Source: Octopus bimaculoides
Lineage: Eukaryota
NCBI RefSeq assembly: GCF_001194135.2
Contig: NC_068982.1
Span: forward strand, 8,458,062-8,522,061
Length of the DNA: 64,000 nucleotides
Direction of reading: 5' to 3'
In this document: positions 51,556-64,000 of the stretch, piece by piece
Layout: each line of letters begins with the position of its first letter
How positions within the stretch are numbered: the stretch's first letter is position 1
Position numbers and translations under genes: made by a program
Notes under the pieces: model-generated
Seen by the model: the letters and a program-made list of their open reading frames with translations, nothing else
Database searches by the model: none
Told to the model about the DNA's origin: nothing

Positions 51556-52399
51556 TCATTTACACTTGGCAAGTGTGAATTTCCTCATTTGCAAGCATCT
51601 AGATGCTTGTTCTTGTTTACATTTTATTACATTACCCTTGGATGTTAAAATCCGGCAAAATTCTTCTAAACATAGGTCACGTCTATTGGTTCCAGGTTTG
51701 TATGGTTTTGCAGTAGAAATTAATTCACGTCTAATAGTATAGTCTTTGTTACTGTCCTTAAAAGACCGGATTAATTTCTTAAAACACGTTTGGAACCTTT
51801 TAGTTTTGTCTTTAAATGAACTCAAATGATTTGCCAGTCTCCTCTTGAAAATTAATGATGTTCCACCGATGTAAAAGAATTCTTTACCCTCAGATGTAAC
51901 TTTACATCTATATATTACATTTCTAACCTTACATTTATTTTCTACATAACAAGATTCCCGTTTAGAACAATTGCAAAGATAATCTTTTATATTCCTTTGA
52001 GATTTAGTTGTAATTTGATCATTAAATGTATAATTAAATTCATTGCCATCAAGTCCTTTATTACTATCTACTCCTTTCCTTCAGATAACGTTATCTTTGT
52101 TCTAATTCTAGCTGAACTTTTATTCGATTTGAGGTTATTAACTCCGTTAAATTGGGTTGTTTCCCTTTCCACGACATTTAAATACCTAGCGTTCCCTTCT
52201 GTTTGTTTTATTATTATTATTTTTTATATTCCGTTTAACGTTATTATACTTAATATTTACTACGCTATTCTGATTTTAATCGCTGTTTTAAAATTTCGAT
52301 ATCATTTTAACATGTGCTGCTATAATTTGTGAAATATTTGCGTAGGTGTTATTCTGCTTTACTACTGCTGCTGTTTAGAATAACGCCTACGCAAATATT
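51556..52399 (-). mobile_element. PLE fragment with a Cys-rich GIY-YIG endonuclease (Hydra-clade-like) and a 5' fold-back junction
   Basis: Open frame ~52075 to 51556: LCNCSKRESCYVENKCKVRNVIYRCKV..FFYIGGTS..FKRRLANH..KPYKPGTNRRDLCLEE. Upstream ANISQIIAAH linker; 23-bp inverted repeat at 52333-52355 / 52377-52399. Confidence 0.8.
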
Positions 52400-52515
52400 A
52401 TAATCAATACATTGAAAAGAGATATCTCAAGAATTCAATTACTACCATCCACAAGTCACTTTCAGGACATTTGATCATTTTACATCCTACTACTATCATA
52501 GCACTCCCGCATACT

Positions 52516-52591
52516 TCCTCTTCTTCTTCTTCTTCTTCTTCTTCTTCTTCTTCTTCTTCTTCTTCTTCTTCTTCTTCTTCTTCTTCTTCTT
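52516..52591. repeat. (TCT)n microsatellite
   Basis: Direct reading. Confidence 0.95.
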
Positions 52592-53074
52592 CCAAGAATT
52601 CACAACGACCTCGAACCCACAAGAGTAAACAAGAAAGACAGAGACGGGCAGAAACAAGGAAAATGCCCCTTGTATTTGAATACTATGCAAATATTCTTTA
52701 AAAAAACTTTTCATTTAATTTTTCCAAAATTTAATTGTTTTCCATACTTACAGTTGAAAAAGTCTCAATGACCGAAATAAAATTAGCGATATACTAATGC
52801 AAATATCAGAGAACATGTGAACTATGTACCAAACAATAAGATACATCTATTTGCAAAGTTTAACACGTGAGACCTGCCTACTTAATTCTACAAACTAATA
52901 GTGCATAGCGATACTCGGTATATTGTACAACGATAGGTTTTGTAATTATAGTATTTCTCGCTTAACGAACAAAATAGAATATTAAAATTAGCTGTACATC
53001 TCTAATTGGATGCATCTAGCTATATAAAGAACGTAGGGGAGATTTCGTTTAGCCTAAATTTGCTTTTAACTTAC

Positions 53075-53288
53075 TGATTTCAACATTTGGCATAGTCGGG
53101 GTTAGTTCCGTAGAGGGCTTAAGTCGATTACATGGACACCTAGAGCTCAAACGGCGGTTAATTTATTGACTCCTAAAGGATAAAAGGCAAAGACAACTTC
53201 GGTGAAATTTGGATTCAGAACGTTAAGACAGGCGAAATCCCTGCTAAGCATTTTGCCGGCGCGCTAACGGCTCCGCTAGCTTGCTGCC
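53075..53288 (-). mobile_element. SINE family B monomer, diverged
   Basis: Collinear with other family B copies. Confidence 0.75.
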
Positions 53289-53584
53289 ATATCTTTTTAA
53301 CATATCAGAAAGAAATAATCCGGTGATTTCTCTTCTTGCTACATATTAAAATTGCTATTTTCTTTCAAAACGGAGATCTACTTTTAAAGCTGTTTATTGT
53401 AAGCATAGATCTGTGCATTAACTTTCATGTTATCGACTGTTTTATTAAAAAGGTTTCATTAAATCAGCAATAATACTGATTGAAAGAAACTCGAGTTACG
53501 TGAAAACTAGATAAACAAGCAACAGTGAAGAATAATTGAGAACAAAGAACTGATTTGAGGTTATAAAATGTTGAAAACTAGAAG

Positions 53585-54781
53585 TATTAAGTTGTTTCAC
53601 CTGAAACATCGTATTTGAAAGGTAACAATAACATGTTTTAGGAGTGTTAGAGAAGTGATTTATTTAATCAAAGTATGATCATTGTTCATTTACGACGTTT
53701 GCTGTGATAAGTTGTCCGAATGCTTCAATTACCTCTTCTCTCTTTAAGAATGTTTTACTGTTTATGAAAAGCTCAAAATGCTTAAATAAGTGATGATCAG
53801 TAGGCGAGATATCAGGGGGTAATAGGCAGGATGTTGCAAAATCTCATAATTCAGGCTTTGCAACTTTTGGACCATAGCTTGAGTAGTGTGAGGACGAGCG
53901 TTCTCGTAGAGCAAAATTGGGCTATATGCATTCACTAGTCTGGGTTGCTTCTTTTTCAAATTCCCATGCATAATATCAATTTCCTGACAATACGATGTTG
54001 CTGTAACCATTTTTCCTTGTTAAAAAAGGAATAATGAATAATTTCCTTAGCAGACCACCATACAGTGACCACTAACTTTTTAGGGTGCAATGGTGAATTT
54101 AGGCAGTGTTTAGGTGACTTTCCTGCATCTAATCACTGTCCTCTTCTCCTGCTGTTGTCAAACAGCATCCATTTCTCATCACAAGTAATGATTAGATGCA
54201 AAAATGGTATTTTTTCAGTCGAGAAAGAAATAAGGAGCACACATCAAGATGTCCATTTTTTAAAAAATCTCGTTCAGATGATGAGATTATGTGGAATAAA
54301 TCTATCCGTTTTCTTGACTTCTGTAATTTTTAACAGGTGTGCGAGATGTTTGGGGTTCTGATGAAACTTTTCTAACCTTTGTTCCCGGATTTGTTTCAAC
54401 CAAAGCATTTAATCCACAATGCAGAATAAATGATTTTGCTTACTCCTTGGTTTATTTCAAAGGCTATCATCTCCTGAAAGAGAGCTTTGGAAACATTTCT
54501 GAACAGTTCTGATGTCAAGAAAAACCATTACCAAAGGCCCGCTTGATATTCCGTAGAGCTTCTGCGGCAGAGTGACCCAGTTTGAACTCATATGAGAAAA
54601 TCACTCCACATAGTTTGGTTGTTATCATTTTCATAAGGTCTGTGGGTACGAATTTTGTACACCAATATTGTTGGGAAAGAAAAAGATTCAAAATTAAATG
54701 CAAGGTATTCATAATTGAGTTTTTAAATGACTGAAATAACACGTTATTAAAAATGTGACATTCAAGTGAAACAATCTAATA
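53585..54781 (-). mobile_element. Decayed mariner transposon with both TIRs
   Basis: TIRs tattaagttgtttcacctgaa versus tattagattgtttcacttgaa (reverse complement); YEFKLGHSAAEALRNI, YCQEIDIM, PILLYENARPH, ILQHPAY motifs. Confidence 0.9.
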
Positions 54782-56399
54782 TTTATACATATGATATTCC
54801 TCGAGGTTATTATAAACATAAAGAACTGTCATCAAGTATAACACCAACTATAAAATAAAGACACATGAGTCACATGACGTTCAAATTCCCATTCAGTCTA
54901 ATTTCTGTTTGTGTCTCATTAAATAGATTTTGTCTCTACCATTTAATAGATTTAAAGGTTAAAATTTCGAAGTTGAGTTAAAAGTTAATTATTGCGATGG
55001 GGAAAATATTTCGGAACAACAATAAAACGGTATTTCTTATTTGATTTAACACGGTAATTACTGATTTGATTGTTATTCGAAAGTTCACCCGAACAATTGT
55101 TGGAAAAATATTGTTTTAATTAAATATTTAATAAACTTTAAAAAAATGAAATAGCTAACAAAAATTGTAATTGTAGTATTTTATTTGATTATGTTGCAAG
55201 AATATAATGTAATTTTACTTTCCACGTTTCCGAATTATCAACAAACATTAGCTATAATTTGACATAAATAAACATACGTTTGAAACAATTAATCGACATG
55301 TGCTACAAGTATGCGAAATAAATATTATTAGCTGCTGTTATATTTGTACGCAGTAAAAAGAAAATATCTTTAATTTAGTCGTCTGGAACGTAATTAAACA
55401 ACGGTAAAAACTAAATTCTAGAAACTTATTTCTTTCATCGACGTACGGACTTCATGAAATACTTAAATTTTAACCAAGTAATATATAATAATCTTTATAA
55501 TTAAATATCCAAATTGAATGCTTGAGATGTGAAATGCTTTTAGGCATACAGAAATAACGATTTTTGTAGATGTTTCGGGTTTGATGGACTACTACTCAAA
55601 TATTGAAGCAATCTCATCTCTTGAGTGTATGTAGATAATGAGAGCAAAGAAAACTAATAGCAAAGTTTATGGTTCATCTGCGAACGGTGCATTTACGCAA
55701 AACCGTTCTTTCTCGCTCGTTTTAACTCCTGCCAGCAGAGGGAAACGTTCGGTTCTCTTTAAGTGATCTAGATGAAAGCTTTTTGAAATCTGAAGTTACG
55801 CAATTACCGTGCGAAATAGGTAAATTGTAGAAATAGAAATTTAAGTGTAAGCAGCAGGTGTTATTATGTAAGTGAGGATCGTGCCTTGTGATCTTCACAT
55901 TCATCTATATAGAGAGAAGTTATAGCGTTCGTTAATGACACGTACTTACAAGTAAGAGAAATGTAGCAGTCCCATGTAGAGGGGAGAATATAGTAATAGA
56001 GGAGACAAAAGTTATACGTGGAATGGGGTGTAAGAATTGAAACAAATTCAAAGACATGTGTATAACAAAAATATCTTTAATGCAATTGATAAATATGATG
56101 TACTAACAATAAACAATAGCATATGACGTGGAAGCATTCACATATTTTAACAAACAGTAGCATTCGATGAATGTACATTCCATATCGGGATTTTGAGAGA
56201 AAGTTATATTGTTAAAAGGAGTTTACTTTTATAAATACTAACGAGCTAACTATAGATGAACAACCTGCACTTGAACAAAATCGATAACAAAACAGGAACA
56301 GGATATATATTGCCATACATTTGGTGCACTGAGAAGAATATGTATACTCTTTAAAAGAAATGTTTATACATAATATGTATATTCTTTAACATAAATACC

Positions 56400-59300
56400 A
56401 CCTGGGTGTCGTAATTTCGGTAGCAATGCATCACCCTTTAACAGGATATTCACTTCTAGTAGCGGTAAAAGTTCCAGACATAACAATGAGATTAAATTCC
56501 AAGATATTTTCCGTGACCTGTAATCTATATGAACTACCAACTATTTTTGTAAGCAAGAAACGCCGCAATGGTCCTGTAAAATATTTTTATACAAGATGGC
56601 CCCTAGCTAAAATGCAATGTTAATAAGCAAAGATGGAACCTTGCAATTGATTTTTCTAGTCAACTATATTCATCGATAACACTGATAACAGTTTAAAAGA
56701 AATTATTAGTTACCCTATTTGGACGCTTTGGGCGCCTGTGATTTGCAGCAATTTGGTGTTTTTTATTCACAACAACTTGCACAAACCTTATATAAACCAG
56801 TTTCGTTTTTCTTTATTCTATGTATTTTTCAGTTAGACTTTTGCTATTTTGTAGTCGATTTTTCATAATGGCGAGCGGGTTAGATATACTCTACATGTAT
56901 CCGTTTTGGGTGGTAGGTTAGGGACATTGTTGGTAGTCTGATGGCTCTTCTGCCTGTGTTCTTTAGTTCACGTGAAGCTGTGTTTATAATTAAGATGGAT
57001 GGTGTATTTATTTACTTCCTATTTCTGACATTTAATGTAGTCTTAATTGTTGAATTGATTTTTCGGTAGTGCACATTTTAAATTTTCCGTATTGTAACAT
57101 ATACGTTTCACCAACGAATAAGAAATACACTACAAAATAACGGTTTCTATTCCTCATTAGTATTCGAGTTGTTTTGAATTAATCTACACTAGTTATTTCG
57201 GTATACTTGCCTTTCGTTTTGACTTTTGGATTTTCTTATCGTTATCAAATTAGGTAAATTTATTTCTCGCGCTAGTATTATTAAATTTCAATATCTTTTA
57301 TCTTTTAATATTTACCTACATCAGTTTCGGCACAGTAGCTTCGAAACGATGTCAGGACTTTTCTCGTTTCAGGTTTAATTTATTTTTTACTTTAATTTGA
57401 AGCTGTAATTTACAACTAGTATGATCAAGGCATTTATACTGCTATGATGTTTCTATCATAAACGTATTTTTTTATGTTAAACTGGACATTTGGTTACGCA
57501 TTTTCCCATTTCTCTTTTTATAATCTTCTGTATACAGTACAGTATATATTTAGCTTACCCTTGAGTATTAGTATGAATAAAAACCTATGATGTTTCCATT
57601 AAACGAATTTATTGAGTGTCATTTATTGGCTTATAGCAGAAATAATAGATTCCCTTCGAAGTTACCTCCTCTAATTGTTATTGTGTTAATTATGATTATC
57701 TCCAATTTCGTTTATGATAATCTTGTAGTTTTCCATATTCTGATGGCATGGCTGATGTACATTATTAATGTTCGAGCTGATTTATTAAGCAGAATGTCTC
57801 TCATATTCATGACTGAGGATTGCTATCCTATATCTTTCGATTGTCAACCTTTCAGGAACATTTGGTTCACATGTTAACTACTCTTTACAGCGCTATATTC
57901 TTTTATGACATCGTTGTATTCTAATATAATGTTGTACTCCGGATGAGTAACCAGATTGTTATATAGTGCAGTTATAAAGGCTTTATATGTTGTTGGGAAT
58001 CATGTATCGGGCCTCTAACTTTGTAGGCCCTGATATTTTGTTTCGGTTGTTTACTATGGTTTCTCTTTTCCCCGGTTGTAAATCCTGGTCTGTTTACAAC
58101 TGTTGTTATATACCAAGACGTAGCAGCCGGGTGCTTCTGGTTGATATATTGGAAACCTGGTCAATTCCAGATGTTTTTCAGTTGCTTGCAGTCCTTAACG
58201 TATAGGTAAATTCCTTGTTGGTTATGGTAAAGAATTTCGCTGTGCTATTATTCTTTTGAATTTAGTTTTCCTTTTTGATTTATTGTACGCTTAGTGTATT
58301 GAATCTCGTATTGACTATTCTTTCGTAATATGGTTGACATTCAGTTGGTGTCGGAGTGCCTTCTGGTGGTATGTTTTTATTGATGTTTCAGTAGAGTCGT
58401 GTAGGTGTTTCAAATATATTATTCCCTAAGTAGTACTTGTATTTTTAAGGGCGTATTATTCAGTATGCTTTTGACTCTATGTCTTTCAGGAAGACATCTA
58501 ATTTGCTGATCTTACATTTGTTATTCACAAAGTCTCAGTTTTTCATGTCGGATCTGCATTGTCTAATTCACTAACGGTAGATGCTTTCCATTGATTTGTT
58601 TTTCAGGTTTATGTTATATTTTTTGTTCATGTTTAATTTCATTCTGGATTCATTAGGTTTAAGCCCGGCCTCCCTCGGTAATATAAGTATTACCGGATAT
58701 TTGAGTTATACCAATCCGTTAGTATTCAAAGAGTGTTTGTTTTGCCCTATGTATCTGGCAGTGTTATTTGTTTACTGTTTTGTAGCTGAGAACAGTACTT
58801 ATCCTGAATTTTGTCAATTGATTCAACGATGTTCAATTTCCCCTCTATTTTCGTTACTATGTTTAGTTAACCCCCCCCCCCTGAATGCTGCATATGTGTT
58901 GCTTTCCTATTTGTTATTATTTAATTGATGAGGTCTACCCATTTATTGTGGTTGTATGTTTTATTGTGTGTTTCGGTTAATTCCGCTATGCTCATGCACA
59001 GCTTTTGAGAATTTCAATATTTTTAGAATTTTTGTGCGACGGATGTGGGGTTTCTCAAGAACCGTCAACAAAATACGAGAATCTCCTCGGTCACCAACGA
59101 ATCATAATTCATTAATCGATTGGTCCCCTCCCCAAAAATTTCGGCCGTATGCCTATAATAGAAAAGAATAAAACACTATCTCTAGATAAGGTGGAGACTC
59201 TAAATAACGTATTGCTTCAGATAGTTTGCGCTCGCAGACGTGAATAGCAGCCAATGAGGTGCTGTTAACCCCTTTTGTTGTATATTGTCACATAGGGGGA

Positions 59301-60650
59301 AGCTGCTGGACTAATTTGGAAACTCGGGTAATCTAGAGTGTGCTAGTTAGTTTAAATGGGCAACTCAAAATATAACCCAGACACACAGAGATTAGATAGA
59401 AGGATTTCAAGAACTTCGTAAATCTGATGATAAACTTGAAAACTATTCGACCGATTTACTAGGAATGTGAGAACACAGACTTTGGTAAATCGCAGCAGGT
59501 CATCCAAATGGCATTTAAAGTATTTCTTGGGACAAATGATAAGAACAGCTTAAAGCGTCAGCATTTTTTAGGTGATTAGTTACATAAGACTGAGAGCTCA
59601 GATAAATACATAGGTATATAATTATTAGAAGCTAAGCGAAGAGAACCGGATTAACGAGCTAGTTGATATTTTGGTAGCTAAACAATATATATAAATCTTC
59701 AATCAGCTTTATCTAGAGAGATTAGTTACTAAGGAAAGTTATAATCTAATATGATTATAATGTTATTTCTTCGGCTCTTGCATTAATATTTGTAAGTCTG
59801 CACTTGGGTTGATTTTTCATGTCTGTTTTGTTATTTATTATTAACATAGCTGGTTTGTATTTGTTATCCGAACTTCAACCTGATGCTTGTAATTTGTTGT
59901 GGCGAATTGAGTGCCAATTTACCTATAGTGCAATGCATGTGGCTTTAGGGCTTTGTCTACAGAAAAAACTAGGTTACCTTATGTTTGTTAGCCTTTGACT
60001 TAGCGAAGTTACCTTCCAGGCTAACATAAATTTCAGTTACTTTTTTTATTTAATTTGTATTTCTTTAGCATTTTTATTCGTGTTTGTTTAGGAATATCTC
60101 GTTACGCATGTTTCTTTTTACTTCTTATTTTTCTCGGAATGCATTATACTGTGTTCCTTACTTCGTTTCGGATATTCTAAAACCAGAATTGTTGAGATGC
60201 TACTTTTCTTTATTGTGATTTCTGCTTCTGCTTCATTTATTAGTTCATTAGTTGTGGTCACACAGAAGATAAACACATCCAGTATAACCTAATTTAAGTT
60301 ATATATTCATGTTGTTATATAGTTAGACTTTTTTCATTTGATGTGATCTTTCATTGTTTAACCGTATTCAAGAAGTTCAATAGTTCTAACTCATATTTTA
60401 ATTCTGTTCATAATTTCTTGGTTTAATTCTACATGCACATCTGAAGTCCATATTTAGTAAATATATTACTGATTTTACTCTGTTTTTATTAATTTTAATT
60501 GTTTAGTGTGTTGTAGATATGTTTCTGGATTTTTGTTTTTCATATTTTAAAAATTTTACCTGCGTGTATTTTGTATCCAGTATATTATTTTTTCAGGAAT
60601 CTCTTTCTCGATTTAGGGCAGCTTAACTTTTCTCATGTGTATTTATATGT
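56400..60650 (-). mobile_element. Long, heavily decayed R4/Dong-like non-LTR retrotransposon
   Basis: RT motifs at ~57400-58250 (ITNKEFTYTLRTASN*KTSGIDQ; RP.T.FPTTYKAF; QRCHKR..CKE*L; YKCL). Boundaries are approximate. Confidence 0.65.
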
Positions 60651-60799
60651 ATTTATGTTTTACTTTATGTAACGGTCTGGCTACATTGTTTACCTCATGA
60701 TTAATTAGTCTCTCTCTCTCTCTTTCTCTCTCTATCTCTCTCTCTCTCTCCGTGATTTTGCACGTTTATGTTATAGCGGTAGTTTTTATAGTTGTCCTA

Positions 60800-60930
60800 C
60801 TATTCTTTTTGTTGTTGTTGTTGTTGTTCTTTTCTTCTGTTCATCATCATCATCACCATCATTTTCTTCTTCTTCTTCTTCTTCTTCTTCTTCTTCTTCT
60901 TCTTCTTCTTCTTTTCTTCTTCCTCTTCTT
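60800..60930. repeat. Compound (TTG)n(CAT)n(TTC)n microsatellite
   Basis: Direct reading. Confidence 0.95.
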
Positions 60931-61232
60931 CTTTCTTTCATCCGTTTGGGGTCGATAAACTAAGTACCAGTGAAACACTTGGGTCAATATAAACGACGAT
61001 TCCTCTCCCCTAAAATTCCAGGCTTTGTGAAAAGATTATTATTATTATTATATTCCAAATGGCGAGTCGGCAGTAACGTTGGCTCGCCGGCTAAAAATGC
61101 TTAGCGCCATTTCTTCCGTCTTTATTTTCAGAGTTCAGATTCCACCGAGGTTAAGTTTGCCTTCCATCCTTTCAGGGGTCAATAAAATACGTACCAATTG
61201 AGCCAATGCAATCGACTTACCCACTCACCCGA
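60930..61232 (+). mobile_element. SINE family B: 3' fragment (60930-61032) and monomer (61061-61232)
   Basis: ggggtcgataaa body in the first piece; head ggcgagtcggcagtaacgtt in the second. Confidence 0.75.
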
Positions 61233-61299
61233 AACCCTCATTATCATTATTGTTGTTATGTTTTTTTTTTGCTCTTTATGTTGGCAAGAATCTGAAATG

Positions 61300-61670
61300 A
61301 AGGTATGACAACAGTTGTTGATGGCACTCCGTCGGTTACGACGACGAGTGTTCCAGTTGATCCAATCAACGGAACAGCCTGCTCGTGAAATTAACGTGCA
61401 ACTGGCTGAGAACTCCACAGACACGTGTACCCTTAATGTAATTCTTGGGGAGATTCAGCATGAAACAGAGTGTGACAAGGCTGAGCCTTTGAGTTACAGG
61501 TACAACAGAAACATGAAGAAAGAGTGAGAGAAAGTTGTGGTGAAAGAGTACAGCAGGGTTCACCCCACCCCTGCCGGTGCTTCGTGGAGAATTAGGTATT
61601 TTTGCTCAATAAACACTCACAACGCCCGGTCTGGGAATTGAAATCGCTATCCTAAGACCACGTCTCTGCT
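61300..61670 (-). mobile_element. SINE family C
   Basis: Reverse complement collinear with 44733-45153. Confidence 0.85.
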
Positions 61671-61734
61671 GCCATTGCTGTTCCACACGACAGCAGTAAA
61701 ACAGATGAAAAAAACATATCTATCGAAGATTTTT

Positions 61735-61970
61735 TCCTCATAGACAAATTTGTGTCTCAAATTTTATAAGTTTTTTCCCATAGACAAATTTTATAAGTAT
61801 TTTCCACATAGACAAATTTGTGTCTCAAACTTTATAGGTTGCCCATAGACAATTTTGTGTCACATATTCTATAAGTGTTTTTCCCATAGTCAAATTTTAT
61901 AAGATTTTTTCCTATAGGCAAAGTTTATAAGTGTTTTTCTGATAGAGAAAGTTTATAATAGTTTTTCCAG
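61735..61970. repeat. Degenerate ~27-35 bp minisatellite (cccatagacaaattttataag...)
   Basis: About 8 diverged copies, direct reading. Confidence 0.8.
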
Positions 61971-62737
61971 TGAAGACTATGGCCTTCAATCTGTAGTCTG
62001 GTTTTGAGTAGCCTTATTTCTCAAGACAGGTGCTGAAGCAGTTTTTTTACATATCCCAGAATGTATGTATGTGTGTATGTATGCATGCATGCATGTATGT
62101 ATGTTTGAATGTATGCTTGTATATGCTTGTATGCTTGTATATAGATATGTGTGTATGTATGTTTGCATGTAGATATGTTATTTGATATCTAAGTTGGATA
62201 GAATGCATTACCATTTTCCTTCCGGAAGTCTATTTTCTGACTTTAATTCCCACCAATGTGCAGTTTGTTTTCATATTTTAGTATCGATTTCGGGATTGAC
62301 TTATTATGTACACATCCGGAACGATAGCGTATTCGGTATTTCTAGAGGTTCAATATCTCTTCCCGCTCTTGGCAATCAAAGTTCAAATATTTCTCTTAAT
62401 GGTTTTTGTCTTGGCCTGAAATTGGGCTTCAGGACCTCACTAATGGCGATATTCCACCGATGACTTTCGAATCGAAGGAACAGTTGTAGCAACATCTTGG
62501 TCGTAGGAATGCCAGAGCGAGTCGGTCTTTCACTAAACACGACAGACTGTTGTGTAGAATGTACGCTCATGCACGTACACACATACATACATACATACAT
62601 AATTATATATTCATGTTCGTGTGTGTGTGTGTATGTGTGTTTTTGTGCGCGGGCGTGTGTAAAAGGATCCTTTCGATCTGAAAGCACCGGTGTGAGTAAT
62701 TGTTGTGCATTAAATATGCTGTGGCTGCTGTTATAGT

Positions 62738-62792
<55 letters not shown>

Positions 62793-63957
62793 ACCCTCAA
62801 TGGAAATAATGACATACTTTAAAGATACACATCTTCTGTGACGAGCCATATATATTTTCATTTTCATTAGAGAAATTTAAGCGAAAACATGGAAAAATAT
62901 GTGTTTCTGCACATAGATACATAGAAATGCATCATCATGCATATGTCTATTAAAGAAAGGCGAAGTCAGGCTCTTAATAACAAGTGTGAGATAAAATTAG
63001 ATAAAATCAAATATATTGACGCCATTTCTCCATTCCAACGACTTACCTTCCTACATTAACTTGTCCGATTATATTTACTTTCACTTCCTCGTCAGCACTT
63101 CTCCTTTAGCTGGCTCCAAAATATATATTAATGTACGTTCATTTTCTCAATTTTTTCCTAATACACTATATATATCTGAAATTCCATCAATGCTTTTCTG
63201 ATTAATGATAGCATTTCTCAGTTTAAGGTCAACTGTGTTTCTGCGAAAATGCTTTACAATTCCAAACTCAACTCGTGACAGACAGAAAATACAGTAGACT
63301 GGTTTCCATCATTTTCTGTTACTAATTATAAAAGTTTACCATACTTACTAAAGATTCGACATCTATGCCTCAATATCTAAATGTTAGTGGCATTTAAACT
63401 CACGCATTGTTTTCGAAGTATCTTTGCTTCCTAAAAAATTGTCCTATACATCCGACGTTGTGTATAGAAACTGATTGAAAATTGCTATTTAGCACAAAAG
63501 GCAAGCAATTTAAGAAAAGTTAAAACCTTTTTCGAGGATTAGTCAGAAATTTGAAAACGTGTCACGGATTAGTCTCCATAAGAGATAACCTCTAATATAT
63601 TATAAAACTTATCGACAGGTTGAATTGAACGAATCAATCGCTCACAACTATGATAACCTTTCACTCTACTTCATAGATCCTTCGTGCATAAATCTCGAAT
63701 AAAATTGAAAAATAATGCAATTTATGATTGAAAGTAACATGTTAACCTTCTCTTAAGTAGAAAACGTTATAGTGACTGCTTTTGTAATATCGTCATGATT
63801 ATTCAGAAGATGGTATCTGCTCATTGAATTATTGATTTACGATTACTTGATAGGAGAAGAGAAATGTCGCAGACTATAATATTTAAACATGGCTTCGTAA
63901 TTAGATTTAGATTAATTGACTGTATTTATTTCACATTATATATATATATATGAAGAT

Positions 63958-64000
<43 letters not shown>

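Noticed and set aside
61735-61970. CRISPR-like array (also 7855-7940)
   Set aside because: Degenerate tandem minisatellite without unique spacers, in a eukaryotic context with no cas genes.

Overview
This is AT-rich, microsatellite-dense eukaryotic DNA with 11 assembly gaps, most flanked by (AT)n. The repeat content resembles an octopus (coleoid cephalopod) genome; this is inferred from recalled SINE families, not from a search. No intact host gene is recognisable, only a few candidate minus-strand exons. The window is mostly decayed mobile DNA: several tRNA-headed SINE families (one dimeric), Tc1/mariner remnants, a gag-less Ty3/Gypsy element with both LTRs, R4/Dong-type RLE LINE fragments and a CR1/L2 3' end. 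It also holds at least five Penelope-like retroelement (PLE) remnants. The most notable signal is a set of about a dozen minimal type I hammerhead ribozyme (HHR) motifs from several sequence-unrelated families. Most replace the stem III hairpin with a different short palindrome (ACGU, AUAU, ACUCGAGU, AUCCGGAU, ACCGGU). They sit in PLE pseudo-LTRs (pLTRs) that are repeatedly arranged as tail-out inverted or fold-back structures, including a ~240 bp hairpin with an HHR core on each strand. PLE-associated minimal HHRs are a known class; their diversity, density and fold-back packaging here merit testing.
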